This document shows positions 40,490 through 50,100 of a stretch of DNA of 64,000 nt, in pieces. The notes beneath the pieces are model-generated. The model did not search any database, was not told the DNA's origin, and was given only the letters and a program-made list of their open reading frames with translations. The stretch covers positions 7,737,650-7,801,649 of the forward strand of contig CAJINV010000002.1 in assembly GCA_905178155.1 (NCBI GenBank), read 5' to 3'. Every line of letters starts with the position of its first letter. Within the stretch, counting starts at the first letter, position 1. This stretch comes from Amoebophrya sp. A120 (lineage: Eukaryota; Protista; Dinoflagellata). The position numbers were made by a program, and so were the translations under genes.

Positions 40490-41317
40490 CTACTCCGCTT
40501 TCTTCCGGCACGGGTTCTGGCTGTACCGCCACCACGCCGAGTTGAAAGATTCGCTTGAAGATTCCGATGGTGTTGGTGGTCGGTCTTTTCTTACACGTAG
40601 CTCGTCGATTTGTTCCTGCTGGAGAATCTTCCAACGCCGACTCTCCGTGCAGTTTACGTCGCGATTAAGCGCATGGATCAAATCGAGGTCCTCGTCCAGT
40701 TCCTTACCGAATTCTATCACCGACATGAACAGGTCACAGAGCGGGTCGGTAATCTTGAGCCGCATCTTCTCTGGCGCCATGAGCAGTTTCCCGGTCCTGG
40801 TCGCCAGCAGCTTGACGCTCACGTCGCTGAGTTTCTTCTTCTCGAAATCGGGTAGTTTCGCCGTGGGAACGGTGTAGGCAATATCCTTCAGGATGGCTTC
40901 GTAGCCGAGCTCTTGGTTGATTTGCTCGCGCTGGGCGAGTAAGTTCTCGATCTGCTGGTAGTGTCCGAGATGCCATGGCACGGCATACCCGGTAAGGAAA
41001 TCTTTCAAAAATTGGGTAGTTGTTTCGGAATACTGATTTTCTGCGCTGGATTCGAAGATAAAATTGCTGCCGGAGCTGTTGCTGCTGCTCCGTCCGAGTT
41101 CACTGCTGTTTGCGTTCTGCGAAAGAAATGCTGGAAGAGGTAGTTCTTTTGATTTGTTGTCAAAGGTTGGAGAAGGCTTGTAGCTCGGCGAAATTACATT
41201 TTTGCTGTTTAAAAGTTGTTTGTCGCTCGACTCAGCTCTGGGCGTCCGCTGTGGTCCAGAACCGCAGAGTTTCCCGGGAGCGCTCCCGCGTCGGGCTTGG
41301 CTCGAACTCGGGTTCAT
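40490..41317 (-). CDS. Accessory ORF-B upstream of gag, unknown function (helical core ~41020-40570)
   Basis: First ATG at 41317. GC3-biased core FLKDFLTGYAVPWHLGHYQQIENLL... The start is uncertain. Confidence 0.6.
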   Translation of the reverse strand: MNPSSSQARRGSAPGKLCGSGPQRTPRAESSDKQLLNSKNVISPSYKPSPTFDNKSKELPLPAFLSQNANSSELGRSSSNSSGSNFIFESSAENQYSETTTQFLKDFLTGYAVPWHLGHYQQIENLLAQREQINQELGYEAILKDIAYTVPTAKLPDFEKKKLSDVSVKLLATRTGKLLMAPEKMRLKITDPLCDLFMSVIEFGKELDEDLDLIHALNRDVNCTESRRWKILQQEQIDELRVRKDRPPTPSESSSESFNSAWWRYSQNPCRKKAE

Positions 41318-41725
41318 TGTTCGCTCCGGGACACACCGCCGCACGGTGTCCGTGTGCACCGCAAATCCAGCAGCGCAGGCCGCTACGTTGGCCGCTCGTC
41401 TGGTTTCCGATGAAGTCAACGGGATCGGGCCCCAATGGGCCCGGAAATAAAAAAATCATGAATCCCAAAAGAAAAACGAAAAAAAAATTTTTGCACTGCC
41501 GCCCTATTGTGCCAAACCACTCCGCCGGGGCTCGCTCGATAGGAAATCTGTAGGCCCTAAAATAACGCCGGGGCTTTGTCAACAGGCTGCGGACCTGTGG
41601 GCTCCGGGGTTTTCGAAGAACTGCGCCACATGAAATCGAGCACGCAACTTTTGTTCGGGCAAACACAACGTCACCGAAAAAAAAGAAAAACACCGAATAA
41701 ATTTGCGCCAAAAAGTTGCTTTCTT

Positions 41726-41886
41726 TGCGACATGAGTGCGACACGGGTGCGACACCGGTGCGACACGGGTGCGACATTTTTCGGGTTCTTCCTGAAATCC
41801 CTAAGAAAAAAAAAACCACGGCCGAAAGCCGATTTTTTTTAATTATTTCAGATTTTTTGTCGCAACAAAGGCGATTTTTTGTCGCA
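41726..41886. repeat. Array of TGCGACA motifs: 5 direct copies at 11-bp period plus 2 inverted copies
   Basis: Direct copies start at 41726, 41737, 41748, 41759 and 41770. TGTCGCA at 41858 and 41880, each preceded by GATTTTT. Confidence 0.85.
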
Positions 41887-42106
41887 GAATTAATTGGCCA
41901 CTCGCCCGACCAAAACTTTCCCACCCAGCATCCCTCTCCCATCCCGAAGCACACACCGGCAACATGGGCTCCCTCTGCCGGCCCCACTCCAATCCCTTGC
42001 GCCCACGCCTGCTTTTCCCGCCCAACCCACAAACCCAAGACACACAACCAGAAAAAGAAAACGCACCAGCGAGCGGCTGCAAGAACTGCAAAAACCCTGC
42101 GAAAAC

Positions 42107-42991
42107 TTAAAAGCGCGAAAATTTTCCGGCTTTTGTGATTTTTTTGCTTTTCTGACTACTGGGGGCCGATCCCGTTGAATGAAGGGGTCTCCGTTCAGGC
42201 CGGCGTGGTTCCACACTCCGTCCTGCGTGTACTGCGTACCCGAGTACGCACTCGTTCCGTTGATTGTTCGCCGGCGTATAGCCGGTTACCTGCCAGAACA
42301 GGACCAGGCTGTTCAGACTCAACACCGGATTGAACGATGAATTCGCCACGCGTGCCTGCTGTTCCTGGTTCCAGTAGAACAAGAAGTCCTTCTCCGCGCT
42401 CACGGTTGTCCCGAACGGCTTCGGGTGTCCGAGAAACAACGGACCCGGGAAGAGGCGACTCAGGCTGAAGACACCAGCCGGAGGCTGCCCGTTGTCGTAC
42501 GGAAACTGTGCTTCAAGTGCCTCGCGATCGCCGTAGTGCGTGGTCGGGTTTGGTTCCCGACTGTCGTACAGCACCAGTTTTCCTTCCGTGAGAGCCGGAC
42601 CTTCTTCTCCGAAGCTGTCCTGCAGGTCCAACTCTAATCCTGGCGCTTCCAACAGCGAGGGCACGTACCGTCCGAGATGGAAGGGCACCTTCACGATCTG
42701 GTAGACGAAAGTGCCGGGCAGCGGGCTGCAGATGCAGAGCGTTTTTCCGCCCCACAAGTGGTGGCTTACCCGCTGCAGGTCGGATTCCGGTATCCACGTC
42801 TTTAACCGGAAATGCACCGCGCGCGCGTTCGGTGGTGGTTTGTCAAAGTGGCCGCTGTAGCGCCACACGAGGCACCGGTCGCCGAGCTGACAGACGAGAA
42901 CGGGTTTTCCGTCGTTTGCGTCCAAAGCAGCGATCAGCTCGTTGAGATTTGCTTCGTAGGTTCGGAGTCGCTTTGGTGCGATCAGGCTCAT
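42107..42991 (-). CDS. Accessory ORF-A upstream of gag (~294 aa), unknown function
   Basis: ATG at 42991 (MSLIAPKRLRTYEANLNE...) marks the onset of GC3-biased, globular sequence within the 466-codon frame. Confidence 0.65.
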   Translation of the reverse strand: MSLIAPKRLRTYEANLNELIAALDANDGKPVLVCQLGDRCLVWRYSGHFDKPPPNARAVHFRLKTWIPESDLQRVSHHLWGGKTLCICSPLPGTFVYQIVKVPFHLGRYVPSLLEAPGLELDLQDSFGEEGPALTEGKLVLYDSREPNPTTHYGDREALEAQFPYDNGQPPAGVFSLSRLFPGPLFLGHPKPFGTTVSAEKDFLFYWNQEQQARVANSSFNPVLSLNSLVLFWQVTGYTPANNQRNECVLGYAVHAGRSVEPRRPERRPLHSTGSAPSSQKSKKITKAGKFSRF

Positions 42992-43726
42992 TATTGCTAA
43001 CTTAAATTTTGTCGATATTCCGCTTCCGTTTGGCCAAATCCGATAGACTATTCCGAGATGTTTGTTTTTGTTATTCCTTTTTGTCGAACTGCTGCGTCGT
43101 TCTCGATAAACTTTTCCGCTTTGCGATTGTTTATCCATGAAAAATCCGTTAAAGATTTTTCTCTCAAGCGATTGCGATTTGAAGATAAAATTGCACGAAT
43201 TCCGTTTTGCGAAATAGACGATCTTTCGATGGATTTGTTCACGAAAAGAAACACTTCCGGGCACTTGACGATGCAGTCGAGGAAGTGGTGCTCGTTTACG
43301 AAACCGGGGTCCAACTGCCCCGGACGAATCTGGTTGGATGACGCAACTTGTCATGGTGGAAGAGGAAGCCGTGGAACAAATCTCCTCTTCCCGCGGTTCG
43401 ACGTAACTTGTCGGAATCGAGGTGACAAAACTTGTCATGCTGGTGGCGTCAACTTGCCGGAATGTTGGCGTACACTTGCCGATGGGATGGCGTAACTTGC
43501 CGATCACACATTCATCGCTGTGTTTTGAAGCTCTTCACTGGCTGAAAAAGACCTCACTTGTCGTGTTCGCCGCGCCGTGTACTGGCTCCGCGGCGGGTAG
43601 TCAAACATGTGGTCGCCGTGGAACGGAAGCATATGTTTTGACACAATACTGACATAGCTAGTTTACCCTTCTTGTAGTCGCTAGTGACTCCCGTCACTGG
43701 TGATCAAATGGTTGCATAACCTCTGT

Positions 43727-43737
43727 CTCCGCTACCA
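43727..43737 (-). promoter_or_regulatory. Primer-binding site TGGTAGCGGAG (initiator tRNA-Met type)
   Basis: Lies 1 nt inside the 5' LTR boundary. Complementary to a tRNA 3' end CUCCGCUACCA (U72, A73, CCA), as in eukaryotic iMet tRNAs. Confidence 0.85.
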
Positions 43738-43738
43738 C

Positions 43739-44058
43739 TGAAACAGAAAACCGACAGGGTTCTGTGACTGTGGATCGTGCAACGCATGAGAACACCAGGA
43801 AGATCACCAGCGACAGACTGCTACGCAGTCTCAGGAAAAAAGGTTCATCGTACTAGCAGAAAAGGCAACAAGCACAAGGCTTGAGCCAAACACAGGCAGC
43901 ATTAGTTCATGTAGTCTCATCCGGATGAATAGGTATTGTATTAGCTAGACCCAGTTAACGAGTACGACCCTAGGTAGACGAGTTAACTATCTCCTTAGCT
44001 TTCTTACGAGCACAAGCAACCACACGTCACGAACCGAAATTCCCTTGTGGAATTAACA
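43739..44058 (-). repeat. 5' LTR (contains the DinoSL core at 43880-43890)
   Basis: 319/320 identical to the 3' LTR and adjacent to the PBS. Confidence 0.97.
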
Positions 44059-44119
44059 AGAACATACTTTGTCTTTCAGAGAAAGTAGGATCCGATAATA
44101 AAACAGCCGTCTTCACGAT

Positions 44120-47100
44120 TCAGGCGTCGTCCTCTGCCGTAGCGCTTCCCAGCAGCTGTTGCAGCATAGAGAGGTCAATCCTATCTGGGAAATGAAGGGC
44201 GCTCTCATCGGGCGCATCTTGCTGGCCCTCGTTTGATGCTTTTGCTTCCAAAATCAATCGAGCTGGAAAATTATCCTGGTCGTGGAGCAGCTCGTCCCCG
44301 TAACCGTACAATTGGAATTCTCGTGGTAGTGCAGCTGACGAGACTCCAACTAAATCGCGCTGCCGCTGTCCTGCTGCGGAGGAGTTGTTTCCTTGCAGGT
44401 AGAAATGGGGATCGCCACCGTCATCCTCCAAGACATCGTACGTCATGTCGTTGTAGAAGCTGTACATTGTCGTGCTCGTCGGCGGCGAGACAGAAGCAGG
44501 AGGGCTGCTAGTCGAGGCCGCTCTCGCGGACCTTCGCGCCTCTTTCTTCTCTTTTTTCTTCTGGAGCTTGTCTCGCACAACGCCTTCCTTGGCCGACGGC
44601 GACGACGTCGTTCCACTACTACTATTACTTCCGCCGAGGGGAAGACGAGACGAGGGCTCGAAGTACGAGCTGCCTCTACTTTTGGAAGGCTTCAACAAGT
44701 TTTGCGCGGCCGCCGCGGCAGAGGAATCATTGGAAGGTGGACTGGTCGTGGCACGACCAGCAGGACCACCACCACCATGATCTTCGCTACTGTTTGCCGC
44801 CCCACTAGCACTCCTCCGCGCCTGCTTCCTTTCCTTCCGCTCCTCTTTCCGCAAAACAGATTTCTGTGCCACGTCAAACAGACTGTCTTCGCTCACCATG
44901 TCCACGCCGAACGAAACGCGCTTCGACATTCGGGACGAAGCGTTGGAGCTCGGGGACGATTTTTTGCCCGTGTTTCTCATGTCCTCCAGTCTGATCTTGT
45001 CGATTGTGGACATAATGATCGGGGGGCGGATGGTACTACTCGCTGCAGTCAAGCCTTTTTCATCTACTTTTCCTGAACTACTAGTCTGTTGAGATGAACT
45101 CGAGATGTTGAGCGAGTCTTTATTTTTGCTTCTCGACGAGGCGGAAGGTGATCGAGAGGGTGAATCTTTCTCTTTTGATGCTGTTCTTCCATCTGCAGCA
45201 GCAATTACTCCAGAACCCACCCGGTGATCATCCAAGCTGGTGGTCTTCGCTAAGTTTTTATTCAGGAGCGTGTTCAGCTTCAGCTCACTCTTTCGCACCT
45301 TCGAGAACGCAGACGTGGACTCCCGCTTGTTGCTTTTCGACGATCGGGAGGATGCTGTTTGGGGTATTGCACCTTCAGCCCCTGCTCGTCCCATCGACGC
45401 TGTCTCTACTGCGCTTCCACTAACAGCAGCGACTTCAGAATCCCGCGTTTTGTAGTTCTTTGCAGGACTACTTGTCTCGGGAGATGACGAGGTTGTCGTT
45501 TTTGAACTCTTTTTTTTCTTTTTCACCGCAGGAGCAGTTGCCAACAAGTTGTTACTCTTCATCGACGCAGCGACCTCGCTTCTCAATTCGTGCATCCTGG
45601 CACGGGCGTCTGCCAAATTGATCAACACGTCTTCGTGCGAGCGATCTTCCTTTTCTCGTTCCTCCTGAACCTGATCCTGCAGAAATGCCTTCATGATCTC
45701 GGCCTCATTATCGGACGAACTCGAGGAGGAACCACTTTTATTACTATTCCCGTAATACTCTCTCCCGATGTGTTCTGCCCCGATTGCCGCATATTTGGCC
45801 CGGTATTTCTGTTTGTGCTCTTTCTCGTACTGCTCCTGCAGTTTCTGTTTCTCCTCCTTCTCTGCCTCCCGGTCCTTCATATCCTCTTGGAGCTTGTCTG
45901 CGTGCTCCAGCCGGCGCGCGTGCAGTTTCACGTGCTTACCGAGGGAATCGGCAACCGCACCCGGGGATGTGGGACTTGTATGCGCGTTCTTTTTCTTGTT
46001 TTTGAGGTTTTCGTCTTTTTCTTTCTTCGTTGCAGCATTTTTATGACCAGCCGCGTCGTCCCCAGCATCGAGCGTCGTAGTCATTGCACCAGTTGGGCCG
46101 GTTGAGGAAGAAGGAGGGCTTTTGGACGAACTCGTGCTTGTAGCTTTCACGGACACCATTTTCGTGTCGGGACTGTGCTGCAACGTGTAAACAGCCTGCT
46201 CGATCTGCGCCAAATCCTCCTCGTGCAAGCTGTCCGGGTCTTGCTGCAAATCGAACACGAGTTTCCGAGTGCTTCCCGGCGTTTCGTCCGCGTCGGAGTA
46301 AACAACGTCATTGTGTTGTGGGGTTTCTTTCGTACTCTTCTGGACTTTTGTCTTGCCCTTGTCGGACTTAATATCACCCTCTGCAGCTGCTCTACTTCCC
46401 ACCACTTCGGCTCCCGAAGTTGTCGTGTCTTCCGACCGCACAGAAGATTCATCCTTGCTCGACTTCTTTGAAGACAGCACGCGTTTTATTTTCGAACCAC
46501 CACCAACGTTTTTCACAATGCCACCAGCGCCCGTCGCGTTCCACTGCTTGGCCCCCGCAGTCAAAAGCGAATGCGCAGCGAGGACGAGATCGGACTTGTG
46601 TTCGTCGTGATCGCCCTCAGAGGACCCGGACGAAAAACGCACGTCGTGTTCCGGCGGTTGAGCAGTTCTTGGAACCTGGCTCCCTTCTGCTTTCACTTTC
46701 TTTGCTTTCGTCTTACCCTGCTGCTTGTTGGAGGTTGTACGAAAACCGCTACTTACGTCAACATCCGTCGTCTGTGATGGAGACGTCGGTGATCGCTCCT
46801 GTTGCGCCTGCGCCGAAGCTACTGTTGCTGCATGCGCTTTAACCGTTCCACCCGAAACTTCTTTCCGATCGAGCACTGAATTCTTCTCACGCGGTTCTGG
46901 TGCTGGTGCACCTTCAGTCCCTACTTGATGTTCATCTGCATGTGGAGACACAACAAGACCTGAAGTAGATGCAGCAGCTTGTTCTTCTGACGCAACCGCG
47001 GCAGCCCTCTCGCCTCCTGGCACTGAAGTAGAAACGGGGCCCGTCTTCGATGAAAAGAGACTGCTCGACGTTTTCGTCTTTGTCTTCCCACTCTCCAATC

Positions 47101-50100
47101 GCCTGATTTTATTCGCAACCGGAGCCGCCTTCGCCGCCGCAATCTCCTTCGCGTGCGGCGTGTTCTCGTGCGCAACACTGGCGGAAGCAGATTTCGCCTT
47201 GCTCACGGGTGATTCGAACGCGGTGGAAGAGCCTTGGCCCATGTGGTGCCGGATTTTCCACCGCATAAAGGTTTGCATCAGCATATATCGGCTCGGCCTC
47301 CTCGCGAACATCGACGAAGCAGCCTGCGTCTTCGCCGCCGCAATCGACTTTCTGCTGAGCGTAGCGCTGCCGCTGCTGGCTGTCGCGGTGTTTACTGCTG
47401 CTTCGGTAATATCCATTACAACGTCCTCGCCGTTTACTTGCTCCTCTGTCTCCGTGGGCTTCTCGTCTTCCTGCTCGCCATCGACGATAATGAAGCTATC
47501 ATCAACAACGTCCGCCTGCTCGTCCGGCGGTGGCGCACTCGCGAGGAGGCGTTCGACTGTGCTTTTCTTCACGATGCTGTCCAACACCGGATCCGGAGGC
47601 GGAGCGGAGGTCTTGTCCACATTTTCGTCTGCGACTTGTGACTTTGTGGATCGGCGTTTCACAACACGAACCATGCGCTTCATCTTTTTTTTCGGCGCCG
47701 CATCGGAAGTAGTGGAAGAAGCAGCTTGATTCTGCTGTAGACGCTGTTTTTCCGCGAATGCGACTTCAGCTTGTTGTTGAGCCAGGATATTACCTTCGAG
47801 AGGAGCGAATTTCAACTTATTTGTTCTCTCCCCTACAACTTGAAGATAAGCTCCTGTAGCTATGAGGTCTTGGTCATCTTGATTTTTGTTTCCACCATCA
47901 GCTGCCGTGTTTTCAGGTCGTGCCTGCTCCACGACAGGATGCTCGACGGGCGATACACTTCTGGAGGCTGTAGGTGTGCTGCCTTGTTTCCCTTTCATTT
48001 TCTGAACGATGCCCATACCGCCAGAACTCCTTGACGATCTTCGACGAGAGGTTACGGACGAAGCTTCCACGTTGGCGTTGGTCTTATCAGTCGATGTGCT
48101 TCTCTTCCCTGTTTCTTTCGATGTTCGTACCAAGGTCGAGTTGATCATGTCTTTATGTTCTTTGTCAAACATTGCGACCCGGGACAAAATTGAAGGCGAT
48201 GGAGTACCCGCGTCTTTGGTCAGCGCCTTCTGGTGTCCTTCATCACCAGCTTCATCTACTCCTTCCTCGAAAATCAGCGCCTTACCGGCTGTTGTACCAG
48301 CAACCGCTTGCTGCACAACAAGCTCCGATCTCTCCCCCTCCGCGTGGGGGGCGCGCAGGTGCTTCGTATGCGGCTCCTCTTTCATCTCATGAGCAACATC
48401 GGCTCTATCCTCCGCTACTTGGTCAAACGCGCCACCCAAACTGCGATGGTGCGCTTGCTCGGGATGGGAGTGCAAGGAGTGACTCCCGAATTTTGACGCT
48501 GATGCGGAGATGCCCGCTGATGTGTGCCCCAGAAAGTGGTGTTGTGAAGCGGGAGTTTTGTTCGCTGCTTGTTCTGTTCCCTGTTCAGCAGCTTGTTCCG
48601 GTGGCGGTCTTATTTCTTCTTCCGCGGTTAAACCACGACGACCCTTTTCAAGTTCATGCTCCGCCTTCATTTTTTCCTTTTCCAACCGGCTGTGGAATTC
48701 CGCGTAGCCGCCAACCTTCGAAATCTTTTGCAGCGTGACCGATTGCCGGACCACGGACTGCTTCCACTCCGGCGGCACCATGCCCACCGCAGCTTGGTCC
48801 AGCCTGGACTGCAGAAATTCGTTCGTTTCTTCGTGCTCCTTCAGCTTCGAATGTAGCGCGGTCTTCTCGCTCTCGTGCGCTTTCAGCGCTTTTTCGAATC
48901 GAGCCTTCTCCTTCTCCCGGTCTTCCCTTTCTTTCTTCCTTTGCTGGATCAAATTCTTGACCGAATTGTGGATATCGCTCGACGGGCTGGTCGTACTCGC
49001 CGCTGGTGAAGCACGACCAGGTGAGGATGCAACTACGACACCGCCGCCTCGTACACCTGGTGGAGACTCGATGTCGAATGTTGCCGGGACCGGAATACCG
49101 TCGCTGCTCCCGACGGATTTTTCGTTCGGACTCTTGATGATGTTGGACGCAAGCTTCGGCTTCTTCTTCTGCTGCACCGAAGGCTGCGACAGGTTCGTCG
49201 CACGGCCAGAATGCCCTAGTACTTGTACCCCCGTCGTGGTTGCGGTAGCCGTCGTGGTTGCGGTAGTAGTTCCAGTAAACAGCAGTTCCTGCACTTGGCG
49301 AATGTCGGTGTCGCGGGAGGACAGTTCCGCGTTCAATCGTTCGATTTCCGCCTCGTACCCAGACACCTTTCCGAACAACCGCGCGTTTTCCTGCTCGAGT
49401 TTCGTCTTCTCAAAAACGAGGTTTTCGTTATCCACCTTGCTGTTCTGCAAGACGCTGTGCAGCTGGTTCACCTCGACCCGTAGCCGGTCGCCCTCCATCT
49501 TCAGTTTCTGCTGCTGCGCGGACAGGTTTTTCGTCAGCAACTCTTCGTGCTCCTTCTTCAACTTGTCGTACTCCTCTTCTACGAACTGCAACTTCTCCTT
49601 GTTCTGCAGAAAATCCTCGACTTTCTTCCGCTGCTTCTTTTTCTCACTCAGCATCTGCTTCACCTTCTGCTGCAGAAACTCGTGGCTCTGCTTCAGGTCC
49701 AGAATGGTTTTCGTGTAGTTCGCTTCCATCTCCTTGATCAGCTGCTCCTTCTGCTCCGTCTCTTTCAGCAAATTGTCGAACTTCTTCATCCTGGTCTGCA
49801 CGGAATCCGCATTCTGTTTCGACGAAATCCGCAGCCGCGGGGGCAGCAGGGCTTTATTCGCAGAGGTTCTTTGATGTGCTTGGTCAGAACCTTCAATTTC
49901 CGTCGCCGACGGCGGCTTATTTGCATCTTGTTTTCCATCTGCCTCCACAACATTTGAATCAGCGGCCGACCCTTCGTTTACAAACTTGACTGACCCCGTA
50001 GCTGTACTGGCGCGCTTTGATGAAGTTCTTGTGGTTGTCTCGTTTTTCTTCTCCAAATCTCCCAAGTCCAATCCCCCAACATCGGGCTCAATGTCTCCGA

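Larger units (their letters stand above)
28590..44058 (-). mobile_element. Full-length Ty1/copia-order LTR retrotransposon (15,469 bp) with three accessory ORFs
   Basis: Two 320-bp LTRs (TG...CA), TSD AGAA (28586-28589 and 44059-44062), PBS, PPT, gag with 2 CCHC knuckles, and pol in PR-IN-RT-RH order. Confidence 0.97.
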
